A stretch of DNA of 62,961 nt, the filler included, from Octopus bimaculoides (taxonomy: Eukaryota): NCBI RefSeq assembly GCF_001194135.2. It is 3 parts of 3 records of this genome, joined end to end, with 100 filler letters (N's around TTAATTAATTAA, not from the genome) between each part and the next. Parts side by side here need not be neighbours in the genome. Positions count along the whole stretch, not along the records: positions 1 to 19,294 come from NC_068981.1; positions 19,395 to 38,439 come from NC_068991.1; 1 more part is not named here. One strand, given 5' to 3'. The notes beneath the pieces were generated by a model that was given only the letters and a program-made list of their open reading frames with translations, did not search any database and was not told the DNA's origin. The position numbers and the translations under genes are program-made. Positions 14,073-28,138 of the stretch are shown here, piece after piece (within the stretch, counting starts at the first letter, position 1; each line of letters opens with the position of its first letter).

Positions 14073-14222
14073 GGCGTGGCTATGTGGTAAGAAGTTTTGT
14101 TTCCCCACCGCATAGTTTCAATTTCAGTCTCACTGGGTGGCACCTAAGCCAAGTGTGTTCTGCTATAGCCCCGGGCCAACCAAAACCTTGTGAGTGGATT
14201 TGGTTGACGGAAACATGAAGTC

Positions 14223-14270
<48 letters not shown>

Positions 14271-14788
14271 NNNNNNNNNNNNNNNNNNNNNNNNNNNNNN
14301 NNNNNNNNNNNNNNNNNNNNNNNNNNNNNNNNNNNNNNNNNNNNNNNNNNNNNNNNNNNNNNNNNNNNNNNNNNNNNNNNNNNNNNNNNNNNNNNNNNNN
14401 NNNNNNNNNNNNNNNNNNNNNNNNNNNNNNNNNNNNNNNNNNNNNNNNNNNNNNNNNNNNNNNNNNNNNNNNNNNNNNNNNNNNNNNNNNNNNNNNNNNN
14501 NNNNNNNNNNNNNNNNNNNNNNNNNNNNNNNNNNNNNNNNNNNNNNNNNNNNNNNNNNNNNNNNNNNNNNNNNNNNNNNNNNNNNNNNNNNNNNNNNNNN
14601 NNNNNNNNNNNNNNNNNNNNNNNNNNNNNNNNNNNNNNNNNNNNNNNNNNNNNNNNNNNNNNNNNNNNNNNNNNNNNNNNNNNNNNNNNNNNNNNNNNNN
14701 NNNNNNNNNNNNNNNNNNNNNNNNNNNNNNNNNNNNNNNNNNNNNNNNNNNNNNNNNNNNNNNTATATAACTCTATATATAATAACTC

Positions 14789-14824
<36 letters not shown>

Positions 14825-15155
14825 TGTATGTATGTATGTATGTATGTATGCATGTATGTATATCAACATATCTATCTATGCGTGTATGTTAATACATATA
14901 TATTAACACACACACAGCACACACACATCTGTGTGTATTTGTCCCACCACAACCGCTTTGACAACCAGTGCTGGTTTGTTTACAGCTCCGCAATCCAACG
15001 GTTCGGCAAAATATATCGATAGAATAAGTACCAATTTTTTTTTTTTTTTTAAACAACAAAAGACAAGTAGCGGAATCGATTTATGTGTTCGACCAACCGC
15101 TCAAGTCAGTGTCCTGGCATGACCGCAATCCAATGACTCAAACAAGTAGAAAATA
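14073..15155 (+). mobile_element. SINE family A sequence spanning an assembly gap (one or two copies)
   Basis: Head at 14073 and 3' module at 14930-15155. Confidence 0.65.
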
Positions 15156-15580
15156 GATAAATAAATAAAAGATCCCTATAGTCAATAGACATTTGACTAC
15201 TATTTCTAGCAAGTCAAGCAGCCAACCACGTAGGGGGCCTCCTCAATGTCATTGTTTTACGCAAGATAGTGTTGTGTTTGTGTGTAAGCCACGCGTGCAT
15301 GTTGTATGCATTGTTTATGTGCAAATGTCTTGTGTCTGTGTGCTGCATGCATGTTCCGTGAGACACATGTTTACAGGGTGAAGGCAGCATTTGGTATGTG
15401 TGCATTTCTGTCTGCCCACATGTATTCTGCTCCCTCTGCCTCCCTACCCCCTCTCTCACTCTCTCTCCCTCCCCACTGTCTCTGTCTCCCTCTCTTTTTC
15501 TGTATGAGTTTGTAGTGTGTTGTACCAACGCATGCCTTGTGTTGATGTTTTTCTGCATGTATGTGTTGTGTTAGAGTGTA

Positions 15581-15620
<40 letters not shown>

Positions 15621-15799
15621 TATGTGTTAGGTATTTACAGACGTAATCATCGGTGTATGCACCGGCACTAGCACTGGTACTCCGTCAGTTACGACGAAGA
15701 TCAACGGAACAGCCGGCTCGTGAAATGAGCGTGCAAGTGGCTGAGCACTCCACGGACACGTGTACCCTTAATTCGGTGTGACACAGAGAGATAAGGCCA

Positions 15800-15955
15800 G
15801 TCCTTTTAAATACAGGGACTACTCATTTTTGCCAGCTAAGTGGACTGGAGCAACGTGAAATAAATTATCTTGCTCAAGGACAAAATGCGTCGCTGGGAAT
15901 TGAACTCACGACCTTGCGATAGTGAGCCGAATACCGTAACCACTAAGCCAAGCGC
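15800..15955 (-). mobile_element. tRNA-derived SINE family E
   Basis: Minus strand tggcttagtggtt...gagttcaattccc...ccttgagcaaga...tcacgttgctcca; related diverged copies near 23380-23495 and 28955-29160. Confidence 0.65.
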
Positions 15956-16070
15956 CTTCACTGGGTGTATGCACGTCTTTGTAAACAGTGTCTCTTTCTG
16001 TGTGTATGCATGTAAAAGCGTTGCCGTACCTGGTTTTGTTGGTTTAAGTATGCACATGGATGTGTGCGTG

Positions 16071-16129
<59 letters not shown>

Positions 16130-17139
16130 GTGTGTGTGTCTTTGCATTTGTTTGTGTACTTGGGTATGCTTGCGTATATACGATCTGTATGTGTGCGTGT
16201 TTTCGTGAATGTGTACGTGTGAATCGGTGCACATCGTATTTTATGTAGGTGTCTGTGTACATGTGCGCATGCGTGAGTTTGTTCATGTGTTAGTATATCC
16301 AGATGCAATTTGTTCCCTACTTTAGCACAACTATATGTTTCTTGGGTCCTGTTAACGAGGTCCACTTGCTTTGCTAGGATTTGGGACGCGTCTTACGTCT
16401 GAGGGTAATTTTATCCCACCAGAATCTGGACAATGACGAAGAGCAAGAGTGTAAGCTTGTTTCCTCAGATTAAGTCATGCAATAAAAAGAAGAAGACTTC
16501 ACTCCAAGAAGCCGAGAAAGAATCCTTTGTGTGATCACTTGACCTTCCCTAAACTAGCAACCAAATCTGTCTCATATCACCCACCTACCATCTGAGATAA
16601 GGAAATCTAGGATGATGTGGCCATGAGATTCCTACACATAAAAAATTGAGACGGTCACAGTTGAATGTCTTTGATCGTAGGTTAGTTCAGTCTATGATGA
16701 TCTGGGGCTAGACAACATCAGCAGCTACTTGTTTTATAGGAGTCAACAAGGAAGCATTTACGAGAAAGTTACATTGCTTGAAATACTTGTTAAATCTTTT
16801 TCGAATCACATGCTCAACCACCCTAAAAAGGGGAAAGGGATATATTTTGTTCTAGATACTCGTAAAAGCATACTCTGGCCATGGACGGAATGCATTTGAT
16901 AAAAGGTCTACTCGATCTATGATGAGCCGTGGCAAAACGATTATTTTTGTTTCTTTTGTTTGTTTCATGTTTTATTTCGTTTCGTTCTTTTACACAAAAT
17001 CGTAGACCCAGTTTAATCCGCGTAACTAACGGTAATACAAAAAAACAGGATATGGTTCCGTACCAACGTGATGAAAATTCAAGGTAGTGCCTATGAAACA
17101 ACGCGATCAAGCGAAAAGCAGAAGCATAAGGTTTAGTGT

Positions 17140-17374
17140 AAGGCGGCGAGCTAGCAGAAACGTTAGCACACCAGGCGAAATGCTTAGCGGTATTTCGTCT
17201 GCCGTTACGTTCTGAGTTCAAATTCCGCCGAGGTCGACTTTGCCTTTCATCCTTTCGGGGTCGATTAAATCAGTGCCAGTTACGCACTGGGGTCGATGTA
17301 ATCGACTTAACCCCTTTATCTGTCCTTGTTTGTCCCCTCTATGTGTAGCCCCTTGTAGGCAATAAAGAAAGAAA
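17140..17374 (+). mobile_element. SINE family B, alternative-tail subfamily
   Basis: Head aaggcggcgagct, tail gccccttgtaggcaataaagaaa; flanking direct repeat cataaggttta at 17125-17135 and 17375-17385. Confidence 0.85.
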
Positions 17375-17406
17375 CATAAGGTTTAACGGTGGAATGATGC
17401 AAAATA

Positions 17407-17567
17407 CAGGCTGTTCATAAATTATCTTCACAACTTCCACAATGTGTTGTGTTATGTTGTCTATATTTATTGCATGCAATCAATAGAGCCCTCGTAGAAT
17501 TGTTCTGATGTTTCTAATAAAAATTTTTGTTTTCCAATAAAAATAATGGTAATTTGTGAACACCCTA
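17407..17567. mobile_element. Tc1/mariner-type MITE
   Basis: Imperfect TIRs caggctgttcataaattatc and ggtaatttgtgaacacccta, each flanked by TA. Confidence 0.6.
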
Positions 17568-18591
17568 TAGTATTAGGTTTCGAACAATTGCACTTCTTCA
17601 AAGGAGGGAAAGAAGAAACAAAACAGAAGAAAAATAAGCAGAAATAAAGAAATGGATGCAGAAACAGGAAAAGAAAATGGAACGCCTAAATGTTACGGGA
17701 TTACCCCCACGCCACCGAGAAATCGCAAACATTTCCGTAACGTAAGAGACTCTTAGACTTTTCTCTTTTTACCAGCGTGCAACTATTTTACCAACTTTTG
17801 TACTTCCGTTTTTGGGCAGTTTTTAAGATATAGTCCCCTTTTTTTACAAGCCAGTGTAAGCCTTTACTAGGTTGCTCCACCTGTTAGAAATGGTAGCCAA
17901 ACTTCCATCATATCATCAAGTACTCTGCTATCTTTAAAAAAGTTCACATGAAATGATTTAATCTTGATACCAGCTCCTAATAATAAAATAGGAANNNNNN
18001 NNNNNNNNNNNNNNNNNNNNNNNNNNNNNNNNNNNNNNNNNNNNNNNNNNNNNNNNNNNNNNNNNNNNNNNNNNNNNNNNNNNNNNNNNNNNNNNNNNNN
18101 NNNNNNNNNNNNNNNNNNNNNNNNNNNNNNNNNNNNNNNNNNNNNNNNNNNNNNNNNNNNNNNNNNNNNNNNNNNNNNNNNNNNNNNNNNNNNNNNNNNN
18201 NNNNNNNNNNNNNNNNNNNNNNNNNNNNNNNNNNNNNNNNNNNNNNNNNNNNNNNNNNNNNNNNNNNNNNNNNNNNNNNNNNNNNNNNNNNNNNNNNNNN
18301 NNNNNNNNNCTTTTTACATGTGCAGCAAATCCAAGACTTTATTGACAAAGGTGTCTTTTTTCTTTCAAGAAAAAAAACAAAAAAAAGTTAGGGGGGGGGG
18401 CAGTCCGGTGAGATTGACGTAAGGGGATTGCAGCGAATGGTGAGAGAGAATTCGATGGGATAGGAAGGAAGGGAAAGGATATACGGGCTTGTTATCCCCA
18501 CTCCACTCACCAGCCGAAAGTCATTAGGAAGCACAGGAGAGGATAAAATGACAGGCTATGTGGTGTTGCGTGTGTATCTGCGGATGAGGCA

Positions 18592-18622
<31 letters not shown>

Positions 18623-19454
18623 CGCGTGCAGGTGAGTGTGTGCTAGAGTAACTGCTGTGTGCGCCAGAGTGTATGTGTATGACTGTGCGTATGTGTGTGT
18701 GTGCAGAAGAGAGTGAGAGAGATTGAGAGAGATAGACAGACTGAGAGGCAGACAGAGCGACAGACAGGCAAGCACATAGTCAGACAGACTGACAGAGAGG
18801 CAGGCAGGCTGGTTGGCAGAGCAGACAGACAGATAGACTGACAGATAGATAGACAGATACAGAGAACGTGTATATGTGCAAAACTGCGTGCCAGAGCGTG
18901 CGTATATGTGTACATACGTGTGTGCGTGTGTGTGTGTGTGTGTGTGTGCGTGTGCGTGTGCGTGTGCGTGTGCGCGCACGCATGTATTAGTGTGTTTTCC
19001 AAATGTACGTGTAGGCATACGTGCATATACACACACACACACATACACACACACACACATAAACACACACACACACACTCAAGCGTATTCTCGGAAGAGG
19101 ACATTTTATCATGCCTTGGGGATAGCAGGGTAATCCAGGATTTTTGCGTGGGACTTACTCTGAATTACCCTAAATGGACTGCCCCGTTATTGCGGGTTCA
19201 AATTATTTATTTATTTAGTATTTATTTCTCTAATTTCTATTACATTTCTTCTGTAGGGCGGCATGCTGGCAGAATCGTTAAAACCCCCGATGCTNNNNNN
19301 NNNNNNNNNNNNNNNNNNNNNNNNNNNNNNNNNNNNNNTTAATTAATTAANNNNNNNNNNNNNNNNNNNNNNNNNNNNNNNNNNNNNNNNNNNNATATAT
19401 ATATATATACATATATGTATACATATATATTTGTATATACTTTATATGTATATA

Positions 19455-20030
19455 CTTAAAGGCTTTAATTGCATATCACCAGTGATATTTCCTGTCAGAA
19501 GGATTAAAATCCTGGAGATGTTTCTTCTCACGAAATAAAAGTTCCAGTAGGCATGAGCTTCGAGAAAAGTGCAGTTCCATGAAACTTTAATATTTTTGTT
19601 GGTGTGTTGCCCGCTTCGGCAATAATTTTTTCCAGACATTTAGAATAATTAATAGCAGCCTCGGTATCAACAATGGCAGTTTGACCAGTAATTTTTATGT
19701 TGTGAAAATTCAAGCACTTCTTGAAACTTGAAAAGCAGGCTTTACTAGCAAGAAAGGGTTTTCCATTAGAAGTTTTTCAACAAATCGTCATCCAATCTGG
19801 CTACTTTCATTAATTACTATCGTGCTTATCGGCACATTACTTCGAGTTTGATCCTCGAACCATACACTCAAGAGCTGACCCATTTTAAGCATCATATTAG
19901 ATGTATGAAAATAAAGATGTAAAGTTTGAGCAGTTAACGGAATAACTTCATGAGCACTTGACTAAATTCTCTCCCAATTATCATTATCTAATAAATACTT
20001 CCTTATGTAAATAGTGGTAGAAAATTTAAG
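19455..20030 (-). pseudogene. pogo/Tigger (CENP-B-like) transposase relic
   Basis: Frameshifted peptides FLASKACF, FHNIKITGQTAIVDTEAAINY, LMPTGTFIS and LILLTGNITGDMQLKPL match Tigger motifs ASKGWF, LHNIKITGE, MP.RTFIS and RLTLLLGGN..GD.KLKPL. Confidence 0.75.
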
Positions 20031-21530
20031 CGAAATAGCGTATGTTATAGAAATATCATGTGTATAACGCTCCGCACAAAATTCATGTAGCCACACAAAT
20101 TCAGGGAATTTTCTTAAACCGATTATTTCCCCACTGCTAGTAGATGTAGAAAGCTAGTGAACAGACATACCCTGAGCTCGCATATTCCACTACTCCTAAT
20201 TTAGCGGATGCTATAGCGGCTATTAACTTTAGAAAAAATGTCATCAAAAAGAGTGGGCGTGCGATTCTTTCTTCAGAATGTATAGACTAATCTGCATCTA
20301 CCACCAACAAAACACTTCTATTATGTGCAGAAACTGGTGATGATAATAATTTAGTATCTTTTCTGAGTAATAACAGTAACAAGGTCTCTTATCACTGCAT
20401 TCTGAATTGAACGTGTAACCTCAGGAACCATGGTAATGCCCCTTGAATAATCAGAGTCTAGGGAATAATCTAATATATAAATGCATATGAGAGTGTCCAT
20501 TATTATTACATAAGTGCTTCGAATTTGAAGACCAGATTACATAACCACATTTATTCTTTTAAATAGGAAAGAAAACTTGCACTTCGTTAGCCAATTTCAT
20601 TTGAACCTCAACAGAAGAAATGTCGGCTCCTTTGTTTCGTTTTCTATTATAGGTGGTGCTCTTCTTTACAGAGGGGCAGTGAGAGCTGTAATTTGCGTTC
20701 AGTGGAGGCGCTGGAAATAATTGTAAATGCAAATTAATTAATCAATCTAATGAGTCCACTAATCCACTGTTCTCACTTATTTAGCAGAGCAGTCTTAAAA
20801 TTTCCACACAAAAATCTACATAATTAACTTAGGTATAAATAAAATAAATGTTTACGTTTTCTTATTATGGATTCTTCTTTCTTCTTCTGAAATTGCCAAC
20901 TATATAATATACTAAGTACTCTTTTCATAACTAATTTTTAATCTTTAATTTAACCTTTAACTATTACACGTACATTAATTCAATTTGATTTTATTTAATT
21001 TTATTGAACTGAATACAATTTAACTGTCGTAAACTTAATATTTCTTGAACGGAATACAAAGGCTGACAATTAATTCATAACTTTACATATATTTATGATA
21101 CACCCAGTTGAACTTACCTCATTCTGTCTTCTTTAAATTGCTTTAAAATATCACCCATCCACAGATTAAGCAGCAAACGAACATATTAGATAATAGTAGC
21201 TTCCATGTGTCATGTTCTCGCGGGCTAGCAGGCTTCTATATTTGATGAGATCTTGATTTCCCATGGCTGTGAATTTGGCGAGAACGTAATAAATCAAAGA
21301 AGGTAATTTGATATGTCAGCAATCTAAAGTGCTACTTTCATAAATATATGTGTTGGAAATTCTGAGGAGATGGCCGAGGAATAACTGTTCCATTAATTAG
21401 TTGATTGATTAATTGATAGATTATGTATACAAAACACTGTATAGAGAGTAAACAGTTCCTCTAGCCATTTGAAACGTTCGTAACATTGAATAAAGTTATG
21501 TTAAAATATTTCTTATCTGCTATATGTATG

Positions 21531-21534
<4 letters not shown>

Positions 21535-21624
<90 letters not shown>

Positions 21625-21625
21625 A

Positions 21626-21696
<71 letters not shown>
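21535..21696. repeat. (AAT)n/(AAC)n microsatellite
   Basis: Directly visible; ends in a gap. Confidence 0.95.
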
Positions 21697-23553
21697 NNNN
21701 NNNNNNNNNNNNNNNNNNNNNNNNNNNNNNNNNNNNNNNNNNNNNNNNNNNNNNNNNNNNNNNNNNNNNNNNNNNNNNNNNNNNNNNNNNNNNNNNNNNN
21801 NNNNNNNNNNNNNNNNNNNNNNNNNNNNNNNNNNNNNNNNNNNNNNNNNNNNNNNNNNNNNNNNNNNNNNNNNNNNNNNNNNNNNNNNNNNNNNNNNNNN
21901 NNNNNNNNNNNNNNNNNNNNNNNNNNNNNNNNNNNNNNNNNNNNNNNNNNNNNNNNNNNNNNNNNNNNNNNNNNNNNNNNNNNNNNNNNNNNNNNNNNNN
22001 NNNNNNNNNNNNNNNNNNNNNNNNNNNNNNNNNNNNNNNNNNNNNNNNNNNNNNNNNNNNNNNNNNNNNNNNNNNNNNNNNNNNNNNNNNNNNNNNNNNN
22101 NNNNNNNNNNNNNNNNNNNNNNNNNNNNNNNNNNNNNNNNNNNNNNNNNNNNNNNNNNNNNNNNNNNNNNNNNNNNNNNNNNNNNNNNNNNNNNNNNNNN
22201 NNNNNNNNNNNNNNNNNNNNNNNNNNNNNNNNNNNNNNNNNNNNNNNNNNNNNNNNNNNNNNNNNNNNNNNNNNNNNNNNNNNNNNNNNNNNNNNNNNNN
22301 NNNNNNNNNNNNNNNNNNNNNNNNNNNNNNNNNNNNNNNNNNNNNNNNNNNNNNNNNNNNNNNNNNNNNNNNNNNNNNNNNNNNNNNNNNNNNNNNNNNN
22401 NNNNNNNNNNNNNATATATATATATATATATATAATTTATATTTTCACTCTCATTGAATATAAGATTACAGTTTACAGGATGAATGGTTTGGTTTTTCAT
22501 TAGTGGCCAGTACCGGCTAACATTCACTTTAATATGATGAAAGTTATATACCTCATGTCTATTTAGGATCATTTCCCTAGGTCCAGTTGTAAATGATATT
22601 ATTTATGCGTTGTTATATTATTATTTACGCGTTCAATGTTATTGTTATTTTAGAAGTGACTCAGAGTAAAGGTTGGTCATTCAGATTGAATGAACCAGTA
22701 GTACTGAAGTGATTTGGAAATGTTTATTTATTCCAAAGTTTACAGGTCCGCTGTTGGCGTAAATAGGTAGTGAAAGGTTTTTCATTTCTAAAATATTGTT
22801 CCTCACATTGGTGTATTTAAGGTGTTTTCATGCTTCTAACCTGTTGTTGATGTAGGTAGTCTGAATTTTAATAAATATTTGTGGAAACATTGGAATATAT
22901 CAAAAATATCCATGTATAGAAGTAATTATTTGAAGCTTTGACGCTGTTCAAAAAAATATCCCTTTTTCTGCTGCTGTACATAATTAACAGCATTTTATAC
23001 CAATGATATACGCTTTTCTTTGTTTTCGGGTTTTCGATCTAATATGATACGTACTGAATAATTTTTTCTTTTAGCCAATGAACACTGCTATTGCTATTGT
23101 TATCTGCTTAGTTTTCAAGGAATCAGTGTGGTTTATGTCTCTAATTTTTCTGTCAATTCTGTGTAACTGATGGTATAAATAGTTTCATTGCTTTCACCTA
23201 TTATTTTCGGTGCCTATGTTGTCGAATCTCCCACTCTTTGATCTAGTAGCATAGCCAGAGACAGCAAGAGACAAAGAGAGAGACGGAGAGAGAGATGAAG
23301 AGAGGAGGAGGGAAGAGAGAGAGGGAAAAGAGAGGAGGAGGGGAGAGAGAGAGAACTACATCAGAACATGGATTGTACTCATTTTAATCTAAGATGATTC
23401 GAGAAACGTGAAATGAAGGGATTTGCTCTAGGACACAACGAACCACCCGGTCCAGAAATTGAACTCTTCTAATAATCATAAGTTAGATACCCTAACCACT
23501 GCACCACGCAATTTCATTTATCGTACGCACATAAGCATATGCATGTATATACT

Positions 23554-23642
<89 letters not shown>

Positions 23643-23757
23643 GCACACACACACACACACACATTATATTAAGGACTAATACTACACGTAAATGCCTCAC
23701 GCTGTAATGGGACTCTGAAGTTAAACTACCTTAATAAATATACACGGCACCGAAGTG

Positions 23758-23815
23758 GCAAATCATTAATGATTTCAGGGTTAGCGTTCATAATACACTC
23801 TCCAGTCATCAGTGC
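23758..23815 (-). ncRNA. Partly degenerate hammerhead ribozyme downstream of the Penelope-like ORF
   Basis: Minus strand: gca CUGAUGA ... GAAA ucauuaauga U U ugc. Stem III is the 12-nt palindrome AUCAUUAAUGAU; stem II base is mismatched. Confidence 0.55.
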
Positions 23816-24241
23816 AAACATAATCAGAACACATAATTATGAACATCTGTATATACCAAGCGAGCAGCAAACTTATCCAATATAGCATATACAAGTGCCC
23901 ACACTTATATATCCATGTAAAAGGCGGGTTTCTCAAATTACATCTCGGTACACATTTATAGTCGGAATAATTCAGCACTGAATATATTGCGGTTTAATTT
24001 TAAATAATATATAAGGATAAAATCTATATAAGAATTTATCAAAGAGCCAGTGTGAAAAACCAGTTCAGGAAAAAACTAATACAAAATATATAATTTCCCC
24101 CTTTAAATACAAATACATTCATTATATTAAAGGTTATTACTACATGTAAATGCTTCAGCTGTAATGGGACTCTGAAGTCAGCCTACTTTAAAGAATATAC
24201 ACGGCACCGAAAGCGGGGAAATGCATCTTGGAAGCTACCTC

Positions 24242-25770
24242 TTAATGAATGTATTTATATTAAAAGGGAAAGATTATATATTTTATATTAATTTTTTCCT
24301 GAACTGGTTTTTCACGCTGGCTACTTGATAAATTCATATAGATTTTATCCTTATATACATATCTTCGTTATAAGATCCTAAATCAGGAGAAGAGCATACC
24401 CTATAAAATATAGAGCAGCTGTTTATTTTTGTATGTGTAACATAACAGTTTAGAATAAAAAACCCATTGGTTTTATATCTAGCGTGAACTAGATATCTCT
24501 TCAGTTTCTCTAAACGATAACTTCTGTGCAAAGAATGTTTTTCTTTAAACACAAGAACACCGGTGATAGTTCAAAAAATATTCCTCTTTAAAATTATGGC
24601 CGAGCGAGTTGTCTTCCTTCGCCTGATAGCTAGGTTTTCCAATTTTGTAGCAAAAATTTCAGAAAATGTGTACAACTCCTAACGGCTTCCGTTCTGGAGT
24701 TCCGGTTGCCTCCTGGTTCATGTGAGTTCATAAGGATTATATATCTTTCTGCCATACACAAATTACATAGTCTTGTTCCATTGCGATAGGGTTCACAAGT
24801 TTCCAGTAATTTCCACCTGATGTTAAAGAGCGTATGATCGTCCTTTAGGCACCATACGCATGCTGCGAGTGTTGTATTGCATCTCTCCGGGACCCTGAAA
24901 GAAGATCTGTGATTGTTAAGGCGAATTTTAAATTTAGATTCACAAGATCCGACATAAATTTTAGTGGATCTCCCTGTGTTGGCATTGATGTTACTGATAT
25001 TTGTGCTGCTTCTGTTTGAGGCTACCTTTGCTCGGTACACTGTAGCTTCGGTGTTACATCGGCTGTCCACTGAGCATTCATTTCTAATCCTGCATGAACA
25101 ACCGTAGTTTAGGAATGCTAAGTAATTTTTTCTTAACGTTAGGTGCACAACTAAAAGAGATTCTTAAATTATGTCTGTTAAAAATATTTCTATATTTGTG
25201 TGATCGCATGAAATGCTTATCAACTAACCTAAGAAAAATCTTACCTACGCATGTCTGGACGTTTAGGGAGAAGGGGGGGGGCGAACCATAAGGTCTTGCG
25301 GTGGCATTTCCTTTTATGGCTACTCAATCCTGATGTATATACTATATGGTCCTTGAACTCGCTGGCCACTAGCGCCTCATTGTAAGCTGGAGACACTGTG
25401 TCGAAAATATCTTTATTTGAAGATAAGATCGAAATCCGTTTACTGATATCTTTTATTAGGTTTTTGAGCATTATGAGTGGGTGGAAGGAGGCTGTATGAT
25501 AGCCTATCATTCGGTTTGCAGTATGGTCTGTAGGTGCCACTATCTAAATCAAGCGTGACATCCAAGAAGTTCACCACGGCGAGGTTAGTCTCTATGGTGA
25601 TTTTAAGGCCAAGGTTGTTGAGGGTGTGTATGATGTCTTTTCTAAGCCTATCTAAAGTATAGCCGTTAGCGCCTCTGGAAATGGCTAAGGCATCATCTCC
25701 ATATAAACCGAAGTAGACAGAGGGGAATTTATTACCCAGGGAATCCAGAATATAAAACCCTATAAGGTCG
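24242..25770 (-). mobile_element. Penelope-like retroelement (RT plus C-terminal GIY-YIG endonuclease), degenerate
   Basis: GLYGDDAL...FLDVTL RT motifs near 25560-25710; SFHPLIMLKNLIKDISKRIS thumb; TVYRAK...KIYVGS...FKIRLNNH...CNLCMAE endonuclease (ORF 24630-25148). Confidence 0.9.
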
Positions 25771-25859
25771 CAAATATCAGCGCTGTCGCGACGTTGAAGG
25801 AGCCTTTAGGGTCAGTTCGTTTGACCCAGGTTGAATCCTGGCTGAACAGTAGCGTTTTC

Positions 25860-26050
25860 CTAGCGTGCATAATTATATCTATTTCTCTATCACTTATGTC
25901 GGTAATTCATCTAGCATGTACTAATGCCCTATCAAGTAACATTTTCGATATCGATGGATAAAAGTCTACTATATAGAGATGATGCCTTAGCCATCTTCAG
26001 AGACGCTAACGGCCATACTTTAGGTTGGCTTAGAAATACATCATATACAC
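25860..26050 (+). pseudogene. Inverted copy of the Penelope RT catalytic segment
   Basis: LYRDDALAIFRDANGHTL on + mirrors GLYGDDALAISRGANGYTL on - at about 25625-25710. Confidence 0.75.
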
Positions 26051-26521
26051 ATCATTTTTTTGTGTCAACTTGAAACTCTAGCTAAAGACGCTTTCTTAAC
26101 GTGGCACATTTTAGTAGCAAACCTACAACTTTATAATTACGGAGCAAGCTTCTTCACCAGTCGGCTTTGCCTGTGCGTATACCCAGACTTATAAGCGCAC
26201 GTGTACATCCATAGATGCATGCGCAAACACACACATTCAGTCACCCCGACATACGGATACATGCATTCATAGCATTAATTCCATTTCTCCCTCCGTTCGC
26301 CTGACATTTTACAAAGTTCTGATTTAATATATAATTTCAAAAGTTCCCAACAACGACAAACAGAGATCTTATCAAACTGTCGACCATCAGTGACAATTTT
26401 CACACAACGCACATAAAAATATTTGTTTTTCTAAAAGAAAAGCCGAAAAATCTGTTTCACATGCATTCCAATTAAATCATGAATTCGCCAAATGGCGTAA
26501 TAATAATAATAATAAAAAAAA

Positions 26522-26568
<47 letters not shown>

Positions 26569-27715
26569 CAACAACAACAATATTTTAGCATAGGGACAAT
26601 GTTTGTCCGAGTCAGTTGGGGTTGGATAATGGCGGATTAATTAATGGACGAATGTTGACCTCATGTACAAAGCACACAGATACACACATAACTACGTTCA
26701 TAAATATACAGCACGCATTGAGGCAGACACATACACACACAGAGCCAAATACACAGACGTACACATGCATAGATGCACACAGACAAGCACATAGACGCAC
26801 ATATATATATTTACATACACACGCATACAAAGGTGTATGCAGATGTACAGACAGACACACATATATGCAAATTTATAGATAATACACACACGCACACACA
26901 TTTACAGACAGGTAATACAGATACTCATACAGACACTTATGTACAAAAACACACGCACACGGGCGTACAAACAGACACGTATACATACAGGCAGACGTAC
27001 AAACATAAACATTTGCGCAAATTTAGATATATAGCTATACATAGATGCAGACATACATATACGACCGACGAACAAACATACACACAGGCACACAGGCACA
27101 CACACATGCAGATATTCAGAGAATACATAGGGAGGTATACACTGGCACGCATTCATGACACACAAGCACATATGGACAACTGACAGAGGCAACAATACTG
27201 ACAAGAACAACAACACAGAGAGCAAAGTGAGGAAAATACTGTCACAAAAACAACTGTAAAACTAACAAAAACAACAAAAACAAGAGCAGTAATTCATTAA
27301 TTAAAAAAAAAAAATAGAAAATAAAGAAAATCGATAAAAAAAAAAGGGTTTTTTTTTAAATGGGGGTAGTACCCGCATCTCGGTTGCTATGGAAACAGAA
27401 TGCAAGCTGAATGATATGGTCCTTCGGTGGAACTATTTTTTGGTTTCTTCTTATTGTTGTCTGTTGTTCTACAGTGCTGGATGCGTGTGTGTTGTGTGTG
27501 TGTATGTGTGTGAGTGTGGTGTGTGTGTGTATCTGTGTATGTATGTGTGTTGTGTGTGAGTGTGGTGTGTGTGTGTGTGTATGTGTGTGTGTGTGTGTGT
27601 GTGCGTGTATGCTTGTGTGTGTGTGTGTGTGTCGGTGTGCGTAAGTGCGTGTGAGTTTGTATCTTGTGTGTGTGCATCTTGTTTCTCTGTTTTATGTCTC
27701 GTTTGTTATGTGTCA

Positions 27716-27795
27716 TCTGCAGTATGTTGTTGTACATGCTGTTGTTGTACATGCTGTTGTTGTACATGCTGTTGTTGTACATGCTGTTGTTGTGT
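27716..27795. repeat. 15-bp minisatellite (tgttgttgtacatgc)
   Basis: About 4-5 copies directly visible. Confidence 0.9.
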
Positions 27796-28138
27796 GTGTG
27801 TATGGTCGTATGTTTTCGGTTTTTGTGTTGCTTTGTGATAAGTCAGCAATCGCTCTCTATTGTTGTTGTTGTTGTTGTTGTTGCTAGTCTCCTTGGTGGA
27901 AAAGTCAGAACGCCCGATAAAATGCATTACAATATTTGTTTAGGCTCTCTGCGCTCTTAGGATCGAATCCTGTTTCAAGCCATCTCTATTTTTCTTTATT
28001 CCTTCGAGGTCCTTAAATGAAATACTAGCCAAGTACAGGAGTCCCTTTTCTTCCCATATCTTGGAATGGGCAACACGAAACGTCAAAGCAAGGATATTCA
28101 CTTCTTAGTTCTATCAATCTTGTTACCCTCACTCTATG

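Noticed and set aside
19339-19350. ttaattaattaa island between N runs (also 38484-38495)
   Set aside because: Identical 12-mer with stops in all six frames inside gaps; an assembly spacer, not biology.
24160-24215. CTGAAGT...CCGAAA on + (also about 23722-23757) as a further hammerhead
   Set aside because: Core A9 is missing and I could not build convincing stems I and II.
28060-28090. cacGAAACGTC half-core (also the minus strand near 12030)
   Set aside because: No matching CUGANGA upstream.
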